The notes below the pieces were generated by a model, which was not told the DNA's origin, made no database searches, and saw only the letters and a list, made by a program, of their open reading frames with translations. From NCBI GenBank assembly GCA_045627405.1, contig JAZQNP010000092.1, positions 23,591-87,590 of the forward strand: a stretch of 64,000 bases of DNA, in the 5' to 3' direction. Origin of the DNA: Oscillospiraceae bacterium (GTDB lineage: Bacteria; Bacillota; Clostridia; Oscillospirales; Ruminococcaceae). The position numbers and the translations under genes were made by a program. Within the stretch, counting starts at the first letter, position 1. Each line of letters opens with the position of its first letter. Shown piece after piece: positions 57,463 through 64,000 of this stretch.

Positions 57463-57500
57463 GAAACGGGATGACGCATATCGGTTCATCCCGTTTTTTT
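57463..57500 (+). terminator. Rho-independent terminator
   Basis: Stem gaaacgggatga / tcatcccgtttc-like followed by ttttttt. Confidence 0.8.
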
Positions 57501-57517
57501 ATGGGATGTGAAGAATC

Positions 57518-58348
57518 ATGCAAAAAATTCTTGGGTACCTGCGTCGGGCTGTCGAGGAATTCGGTCTGATTGAAAACGGCGATGTGATTGCAGTCGGGAT
57601 TTCCGGAGGGAAAGACAGTCTTGTGCTGCTTCGTGCGCTGCATGACTTTCAGCGGTTTGGTCTGTATGACTACCGTTTAATCGGGATTACGCTGGACCCG
57701 CAGTTCGGCGGTGTCCCGACCGATTATTCCGCAGCAGCAGATTTTTGTAAAGATCTCGGCGTGGAGTATCACTTGCTTCGTACATATATCGGTCAGATCG
57801 TTTTTGATCTCCGAAAGGAGAAGCATCCGTGCAGTCTATGTGCAAAACTGCGCCGCGGTGCGCTGCACGATGCCGCAAAATCGTTTGGATGCAACAAGCT
57901 CGCGCTGGGACATCATATCGACGATGCAACCGAGACATTTCTGATGAACCTGTTTATTGAGGGACGAATCGGTTGTTATGCCCCAAAATCCTATTTGCCG
58001 CGCAAGGATCTGACATTGATACGGCCGCTGAGCTTTACACCTGAAACGGATATTATCCGTGCGGCAAAGAAACATGTTCCTCAGATTGTGAAATCACACT
58101 GTCCTGTGGACGGGCATACTGCGCGTGAAAGCATGAAAAACTTTATCCACGAACGGGAACATCAGGATCCCGGCTTTAAAGCGCGCGTTTTCGGTGCCAT
58201 GCGGCGGGCAAATGTAGACGGATGGGGTGGAAAGACGTATTATCGCAATCTCGCAATGGATGATCCGGCAACCAACGGCAAACCTGAGCGTTTTCATTTA
58301 CTGGAAAAGCAGAGAGAGGAGAATGCACGTGCGGATTCTGGGAATTGA
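57518..58348 (+). CDS. ttcA: PP-loop ATPase of the TtcA/TilS-like tRNA thiolation family (tRNA 2-thiocytidine synthase-like)
   Basis: PP-loop SGGKDS (GISGGKDSLVLL), Cys motifs CSLCAKLRRG and CPVDGH, and an LALGHHIDD block. Confidence 0.65.
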   Translation: MQKILGYLRRAVEEFGLIENGDVIAVGISGGKDSLVLLRALHDFQRFGLYDYRLIGITLDPQFGGVPTDYSAAADFCKDLGVEYHLLRTYIGQIVFDLRKEKHPCSLCAKLRRGALHDAAKSFGCNKLALGHHIDDATETFLMNLFIEGRIGCYAPKSYLPRKDLTLIRPLSFTPETDIIRAAKKHVPQIVKSHCPVDGHTARESMKNFIHEREHQDPGFKARVFGAMRRANVDGWGGKTYYRNLAMDDPATNGKPERFHLLEKQREENARADSGN

Positions 58349-59354
58349 AAGCTCTTGTGACGAAACGGCTGCTGCTGTTGTAGAAGATGGCAGACGTATT
58401 CTTTCCAATGTGATTGCATCACAGGCACAGGAGCATATGCAGTATGGCGGTGTTGTACCGGAGCTTGCGTCCAGAAGACACTGCGAAAATATTCTTCCGG
58501 TTGTCAGGAAAGCTCTTTCGGATGCAAACATGACGCTGAATGAGATCGACGGCATTGCTGTGACGTATGCGCCGGGTCTGATCGGTGCGCTTCTGGTCGG
58601 TGTGAGCTTTGCAAAGGGTCTTGCATTGATGGCGGACAAGCCGTTGATTCCTGTGCACCATACAGAAGGACATGCTGCGGCAAATTATCTCGCACATTCA
58701 GATTTGGAGCCGCCGTATCTTGGCTTGATTGTGAGCGGCGGTCATACGCGTATTGCAGAAATTCTGGATTATACGACATTCCGTACCGTCGGGAAGACGC
58801 GTGACGATGCAGCAGGGGAATGCTTTGATAAATGTGCGCGTGCGATGGGCTTTCCGTATCCGGGCGGCGTACATGTGGATCAGGCGGCGCAGCGCGGAGA
58901 TCCCGCAGCGTTCAAACTCCCGAAAACGAAAATGGACGGAAATCCGTATGATTTCAGCTTCTCAGGATTAAAGACCTATATCGTGAATTTGCTTCATCAC
59001 GCTGAACAGTGTCACGAGACAGTGAACACGGATCATCTTGCTGCGGCATTGCAGCATGAAATCGCAGCGGTTCTCACTGAAAAAACAATCCGTGCAGCAG
59101 AAGAACTGCATTATACAAAAATCGCATTATCCGGCGGTGTTTCCGCAAATTCCGGTGTGCGCAGCTATTTGCAGAATGCGTGTGATGCGCACGGATTCAC
59201 ACTCTATATGCCGCCGTTATCCCTTTGCGGAGACAATGCAGCTATGATTGCAGCACAGGGGTTTTATAATTATCTTGCCGGAATTACAGCGGATGAATCC
59301 TTAAATGCAGTCGCTTCAAAAGAATTACGCGGCGAATTGGGACTATCATTATGA
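58323..59354 (+). CDS. tsaD: tRNA N6-threonylcarbamoyladenosine synthesis protein TsaD
   Basis: ILGIESSCDETAAAVV N-terminus, the HH metal motif region (PVHHTEGH) and an LSGGVSAN block. Start at ATG 58323 with RBS GAGGAG, overlapping the upstream gene. Confidence 0.92.
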   Translation: MHVRILGIESSCDETAAAVVEDGRRILSNVIASQAQEHMQYGGVVPELASRRHCENILPVVRKALSDANMTLNEIDGIAVTYAPGLIGALLVGVSFAKGLALMADKPLIPVHHTEGHAAANYLAHSDLEPPYLGLIVSGGHTRIAEILDYTTFRTVGKTRDDAAGECFDKCARAMGFPYPGGVHVDQAAQRGDPAAFKLPKTKMDGNPYDFSFSGLKTYIVNLLHHAEQCHETVNTDHLAAALQHEIAAVLTEKTIRAAEELHYTKIALSGGVSANSGVRSYLQNACDAHGFTLYMPPLSLCGDNAAMIAAQGFYNYLAGITADESLNAVASKELRGELGLSL

Positions 59355-60076
59355 CCTATGAGTATGAACAAATTAAAGAGGGACTGTATGTTTGCAGAAG
59401 TGAAATCCACACGTTTGGCACAGATGCGTTTTTGTTGACAGGATTTTCCCGTTATCATGCAAAAGACCGCGTTTGCGATCTTGGCACCGGCTGCGGCATC
59501 ATCCCGATGCTGATGCAGCGTGACCGTCCGCCGCGAATGATATATGCCGTAGATATTCAGCCGGAAGCACTTCAGCAGCTGCAATCCGGCATTTCCAAGT
59601 GCCGTATTACACCGCAAATCCAGCCCATCTGTGCGGATTTGCGAAATCTATGGGATGATGCTCCGCTCGGACAGTTGGAACTGGTCGTATGCAACCCGCC
59701 GTATAAGGCGAATCAGGCGGGCATATTGTCTGACGATCCTTGTAAACAAATTGCGCGGCATGAGACCATGTGCAATATCTCGGATATATGTGAAGCTGCT
59801 GCAAAGCTGCTGAATTATCACGGTCGCTTATGTCTTTGCTGCCGTCCGGAGCGACTGACTGACGTGATGTGTGCAATGCGAGAAAGCGGAATTGAACCCA
59901 AACGGTTACGCTTTGTCTGCAAGACCCCGGACAGTCCGCCGTGGCTGTTTTTGTTGGAGGGGATCAAAGGCGGAAAACCGTTCCTTCGTATGGAACCGAC
60001 CCTGTTTGTGCGTTCCGGTGACGGAATGACCTCGGAAGCTGCACAAATCTGCCATTTTGGAGATGATAAAATATGA
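59351..60076 (+). CDS. SAM-dependent N6-adenine methyltransferase, tRNA1(Val) m6A37 (YfiC/TrmN6)-like
   Basis: SAM motif DLGTGCGI and catalytic NPPY (VVCNPPYK). ATGA overlap with tsaD. Confidence 0.6.
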   Translation: MTYEYEQIKEGLYVCRSEIHTFGTDAFLLTGFSRYHAKDRVCDLGTGCGIIPMLMQRDRPPRMIYAVDIQPEALQQLQSGISKCRITPQIQPICADLRNLWDDAPLGQLELVVCNPPYKANQAGILSDDPCKQIARHETMCNISDICEAAAKLLNYHGRLCLCCRPERLTDVMCAMRESGIEPKRLRFVCKTPDSPPWLFLLEGIKGGKPFLRMEPTLFVRSGDGMTSEAAQICHFGDDKI

Positions 60077-60909
60077 GCGGGATGTTATATGTTGTCGGTA
60101 CGCCGATCGGTAATCTTGGTGACATCACCGAAAGGCAGCTGGAAACTTTGGAGCGTGTTGACTTTATTGCCGCTGAGGACACCCGTGTCACACGAAAGCT
60201 TCTTTCTCATTTTGATCTTCATACGCCGCTTGTCAGTAACCACGAACACAGCACAGAAACGGTGATTCAGCATATCATGGATCGTCTGCACAGCGGTGAA
60301 CAATGTGCTGTTGTGACTGATGCAGGCATGCCTTGTATATCTGATCCGGGTGCTGTCTTGGTGCAGCGATGTCAGGCAGAGGGGATTCCGATGCAGGTTG
60401 TTCCGGGACCAAGTGCTGTCATTTCCGCGCTTGCCGTCTCCGGGCAGGACACCGGTCGGTTTTGTTTTGAAGGCTTTCTCTCCGTCACAAAAAAACAGCG
60501 GTCTGCACATTTAGAATCTTTGAAACATGAAACCCGTACTATGGTATTTTACGAAGCTCCGCATAAGCTGGTCAATACACTGCGGGATATGCTGGAAGTT
60601 TTTGGTGACCGCTCTCTGACAGTGTGTCGGGAATTAACCAAGCTGCATGAAGAAGTGAATAAGATGACCATTTCACAAGCACTAAAATTCTATTCAGATC
60701 AGCCCCCGCGCGGAGAGTTTGTTCTGGTCATCGCAGGTGCGCAGGAATCTGAAACAGATCCGCAGCCCAGCATGGAAAGCGTTGTCCAAATTGCGAAGGA
60801 GCGGATTGCAGACGGGGAACGTGCCTCTGATGTATGCCGACAGCTTGCCGCAGAAACCGGTTATCCCAAACGCGTACTATACCAGGCTGTACTAGATACA
60901 AATACATAA
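60073..60909 (+). CDS. rsmI: 16S rRNA (cytidine1402-2'-O)-methyltransferase RsmI
   Basis: LYVVGTPIGNLGDIT N-terminus, AAEDTR, TDAGMPCISDPG and GPSA blocks. ATGA overlap with the upstream gene. Confidence 0.9.
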   Translation: MSGMLYVVGTPIGNLGDITERQLETLERVDFIAAEDTRVTRKLLSHFDLHTPLVSNHEHSTETVIQHIMDRLHSGEQCAVVTDAGMPCISDPGAVLVQRCQAEGIPMQVVPGPSAVISALAVSGQDTGRFCFEGFLSVTKKQRSAHLESLKHETRTMVFYEAPHKLVNTLRDMLEVFGDRSLTVCRELTKLHEEVNKMTISQALKFYSDQPPRGEFVLVIAGAQESETDPQPSMESVVQIAKERIADGERASDVCRQLAAETGYPKRVLYQAVLDTNT

Positions 60910-60910
60910 T

Positions 60911-60949
60911 AAAGAGAGACTGCACCAAACGTGTGCAGTCTCTTTTTTC
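60911..60949. terminator. Bidirectional terminator between rsmI and the convergent transporter gene
   Basis: 15-bp stem aaagagagactgcac / gtgcagtctctttt followed by a T-run. Confidence 0.85.
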
Positions 60950-62195
60950 ATTCATCTGTTTTCGTTCCTACATCAGGTTCCTGCATAGGAGCATCCTGTG
61001 TTTGCTTTATTGTTTCTGTTTCAGTGCATGAAACTTCCGGATTGTCCTCGGCAGCGGGCATATTATCAATGGCATCTTTCAGCAGCGCGTACCCGATCGC
61101 AAAAAGCGGTACCGCAACAATGATTCCGAGGATACCGCCGAAGCCGCCTCCGAGAATGACTGCAATCAGAACCAGTAATCCCGGCAGACCAATGGAATCT
61201 CCGACAACCTTTGGATAGATAAACTGTCCTTCAATCTGCTGCAAAACCAAAATAAATATGATAAACCAAATGGCTTTTTCCGGTGCCTCCACCCAAACCA
61301 GCAGCAATCCGATGCCGCCTCCGATCCATGCGCCGATGATCGGCAGCAATGCGGTAAAACCGGTCAATATTCCGATTGTGACCGCATAGGGAAAGCGGAA
61401 GAGTGCAAGTCCGGCAGTACACAGTGTGCCAATGATGATTGCCTCCACAAACTGTCCCGTCAGGAAATTTGCAAAGGCTGTTTTTGTCATGTGCAGAACA
61501 CGAAAAACCTGCGGCTCGTAAGGGTCAGGAACAATCAGCTGAACAATCTTGTGAAACACATAGATGACGCGCTTTTTATTTGCAAGAATATAAATCGCAA
61601 TAATGAATCCGAGGATTACATTTGTAGCGGCAGAAAGCATCGAACGAGTTGCATTGAATGCAGTACCAAGGACGGTTTCGACTTTTCCGTCAAGCAAATT
61701 GCCGAGAAATGTTACAAATGAATCCCAGTCCATATCAAATTCATGCAGCTTCTCAGAAAAATAAGCCGGCGCATTCATCGCGGCAAGGCGATTGTCAATC
61801 ATGGAAATCAACTGCTCGCTGCTGCTTGGCATTTTTTCAATCAGCGTATTGACAGCAGATGTAATCTGAGGGATCATCAAAAAGATGATGAGAGCCAGAA
61901 TGCTTGCACCAAGTGCCGCAGTTGTGATCCCGCAAAGCACAGGACAGAGTTTCTGCACCCATTTCTTTTTTGAGCGCGCCAAACCGATAAACACCTTTTG
62001 GCGAAACAGATTCATGAGCAGATTGATTACAAATGCAATGCAAACGCCGTAGATCACAGGCTCTAAAATGGCAAGCAACCACGAAAAGATGCTGCGCAGC
62101 ACGGAAAAATGCTGCAACGCCATATAGAGCAAAATGCCGTATGTCACCAGAATAAAGAGTGTTTTTGTGCCGGGCTTTCGATCATGTTTGCGCAT
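60948..62195 (-). CDS. AI-2E family transporter (PerM/YhhT-like)
   Basis: About 8 TM helices with the typical late blocks (LLPIIGAWIGGG, PGLLVLIAVILGGGFGGILG). Acidic C-terminal tail. Confidence 0.75.
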   Translation of the reverse strand: MRKHDRKPGTKTLFILVTYGILLYMALQHFSVLRSIFSWLLAILEPVIYGVCIAFVINLLMNLFRQKVFIGLARSKKKWVQKLCPVLCGITTAALGASILALIIFLMIPQITSAVNTLIEKMPSSSEQLISMIDNRLAAMNAPAYFSEKLHEFDMDWDSFVTFLGNLLDGKVETVLGTAFNATRSMLSAATNVILGFIIAIYILANKKRVIYVFHKIVQLIVPDPYEPQVFRVLHMTKTAFANFLTGQFVEAIIIGTLCTAGLALFRFPYAVTIGILTGFTALLPIIGAWIGGGIGLLLVWVEAPEKAIWFIIFILVLQQIEGQFIYPKVVGDSIGLPGLLVLIAVILGGGFGGILGIIVAVPLFAIGYALLKDAIDNMPAAEDNPEVSCTETETIKQTQDAPMQEPDVGTKTDE

Positions 62196-62212
62196 AGCGG
62201 TTCCTTCTCTTG

Positions 62213-64000
62213 TTATTCAATATGTTTGCTGTCTTCTGATTTTTCCGCACGCTGATATGCCAACCGATGCAGCACTTCCTGCGAATTTAGTTTCGGATCG
62301 GCGCATTTCGGCAGGTGATACGCACCGTCTGCCGTTCGATAGCGTGCTTTGACCGGATCATCAAACTGCATGCGGAATTCTTCGTATATGCGCATTTTTA
62401 ACGCTGCATCTTTCACCGGCGCACAGATTTCAATGCGGTTTTCGGTATTACGCGGCATGAAATCCGCAGAGCCAAGATAGACTTTCATCCTGTCCGGTGT
62501 ACCAAACAGATACACACGCGCATGTTCTAAATAGCGTCCGACCACACTTCGCACGGAAATATGTTCTGTTTGTTCCGGAATTCCCGGAATCAAGCAGCAA
62601 ATGCCTCGGATCAACAGTTCTATGGTCACACCGGCGCAGGAAGCTTCGATCAGCTTTTTCATAATGATTTTATCGCAGAGTCCGTTCATGCGCAGCCCGA
62701 TGTAGGCGGGTTCTCCGCTTTTCGCTCGTGCGATCTCGTCATCCATCATTTGCAGAACGGGTTTGCGAAGCCCGTCCGGAGCTACCAAAAGTGCATTTTG
62801 CGGTTCCGGCAGACGGTTTTCCCGCAGTGCGGCGAACACTTCCGCTGCTTCCGCACCAATTTCAGGGTCAGAGGTCATCAAGCAGTAGTCCGTGTAAAGC
62901 GCAGCAGTTTTTTCATTGTAATTGCCGGTGCCGATCTGGGTAAAACATTCGATTTTTCCGCGGTTTTTTCGGGTGATACGCAGAAGCTTTGAGTGCACTT
63001 TATAATTCGACGGTCCGTAGATGACATGCACACCGGCACGTTCCAGTGTCTTTGACCATTCAATATTGCCTACTTCGTCAAAACGCGCCCGCAGCTCGGT
63101 TAAAGCAGTGACCTCCTTGCCTCTTCCTGCTGCCTCACACAGTGCAGCAATGACGCGGCTGTCTCTTGCCATTCGGTAGAGGGTAATTTCAATGCTCAGA
63201 ACAGCAGGATCATCTGCGGCTTCATCAAGCAAGCGCAAGAACGGACGAATGCTCTCATAAGGATAGTGGAGCAGAATATCATGCTTGCGCAGTTGTGTGA
63301 ACATCGCACGGTGTTCATCCACGGATGCGGATTTCTGCGGAACCATGCGTGTATACTGCAATACAGGGTCAGGAACCAGGTGCTTGCACTCATAAACAAA
63401 AGATAAATCCAACGGTGCTTTTGCAAAAAATATCTGCTCCTGCTTGATTTTCAGACGCTTGCAAAGGTATTCCAAAGCGGGCTGATAGAATGTTTCCGAA
63501 AGCTCCGCACGAATAACCGGTAAACGGTTACGCTCTTGCAGCATGGTTTCCATATCGGTGCGATAATCACCGGTACAAAGCACGTCAATATCGGAAAGAG
63601 TGATGCTTGCGGAACGTGTGACGCGCAGAATGGTTCGGTCGGTCACACGGGAATTTCCAAAAACGGTATGTGCATAAGCAAGCACAACATCTTCTGCGAG
63701 AATGAATCTTCCGCCGTTTCCAAGACGGATGATGCGCTGACACTGATCGGGAATCGGAAGAAATCCCATCCGGATACCGGATTTCGATTCCAAACGCAGT
63801 ACGATATAGAGCGTACGATCACGCAAAAATGGAAACGGTTTTCCTTTATCTGCGATGACAGGAATGGAAAGCGGACGGATTTCACGTTTGAACCACTCCG
63901 AGAGCATACGCTGTTCTGCTGCGGTTGCCGTGTGGATCGTAACCTGTTCCAGTCCGAATGCACGCAGTTCGTCCATAATCTCGTGATAAGAAGCATCCCT
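62213..64000 (-). CDS. ppk: Polyphosphate kinase 1; N-terminus truncated by the window edge
   Basis: PLD-like HKD motifs (YKVHSKLLRITRK; GRYLEHARVYLFG) and PPK middle and C-terminal domains. The reading frame stays open upstream of the first ATG (63976) to nt 64000. Confidence 0.88.
   Translation of the reverse strand, partial: RDASYHEIMDELRAFGLEQVTIHTATAAEQRMLSEWFKREIRPLSIPVIADKGKPFPFLRDRTLYIVLRLESKSGIRMGFLPIPDQCQRIIRLGNGGRFILAEDVVLAYAHTVFGNSRVTDRTILRVTRSASITLSDIDVLCTGDYRTDMETMLQERNRLPVIRAELSETFYQPALEYLCKRLKIKQEQIFFAKAPLDLSFVYECKHLVPDPVLQYTRMVPQKSASVDEHRAMFTQLRKHDILLHYPYESIRPFLRLLDEAADDPAVLSIEITLYRMARDSRVIAALCEAAGRGKEVTALTELRARFDEVGNIEWSKTLERAGVHVIYGPSNYKVHSKLLRITRKNRGKIECFTQIGTGNYNEKTAALYTDYCLMTSDPEIGAEAAEVFAALRENRLPEPQNALLVAPDGLRKPVLQMMDDEIARAKSGEPAYIGLRMNGLCDKIIMKKLIEASCAGVTIELLIRGICCLIPGIPEQTEHISVRSVVGRYLEHARVYLFGTPDRMKVYLGSADFMPRNTENRIEICAPVKDAALKMRIYEEFRMQFDDPVKARYRTADGAYHLPKCADPKLNSQEVLHRLAYQRAEKSEDSKHIE

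Overview
This is a chromosomal, mostly housekeeping window from a Clostridia anaerobe. It looks Oscillospiraceae/Ruminococcus-like and cellulosome-producing, but that is inferred from gene content only. I found no rRNA, tRNA, CRISPR array, IS element, prophage or recognisable defence system.

Coding content, left to right:
- Two convergent dockerin-bearing carbohydrate-active enzymes: a CE4 fragment and a large CBM22-CBM22-GH10-CBM9 xylanase.
- A complete F1Fo ATP synthase operon (atpI-like, then atpB, E, F, H, A, G, D, C).
- A GH5-dockerin cellulase, hydF, an ACT-domain gene plus hom, a CE2-type SGNH esterase, a SpoIID/LytB-like protein and a class B sortase.
- A CinA/PncC domain protein, an aminotransferase and the spoIIAA-spoIIAB-sigF operon.
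- A sugar-binding-domain / degenerate GGDEF / AraC regulator, a ThrH-like phosphatase, and a GDSL lipoprotein plus a HAD phosphatase.
- A 1077-aa multi-PAS protein whose kinase and receiver modules appear to lack all phosphorelay residues.
- A canonical rnfCDGEAB operon with an XRE regulator just upstream.
- A histidine phosphatase, a PdaA-like deacetylase, rpe and a short MecA-like adaptor.
- A second cluster of RnfD-, RnfE- and RnfA-like genes with no C, G or B subunits, coupled to a DUF4015-like gene.
- A 2122-aa dockerin-bearing subtilisin with leucine-rich repeats and a module array.
- An Amidase_3 protein, an FkbH-like protein and a small acidic Cys-cluster protein.
- A four-gene RNA-modification operon (ttcA-like, tsaD, an N6-adenine methyltransferase, rsmI), an AI-2E transporter and a truncated ppk1.

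The most interesting candidate is the cofactor-motif-depleted RnfD/E/A paralog triad at 44.3-47.7 kb. Secondary items are:
- the apparently two-carboxylate Na+-type c subunit, encoded in the same window as Rnf;
- the pseudo hybrid kinase;
- the degenerate GGDEF-AraC regulator;
- the giant cellulosomal protease.

All homology statements come from reading the translations by eye. No searches were run.
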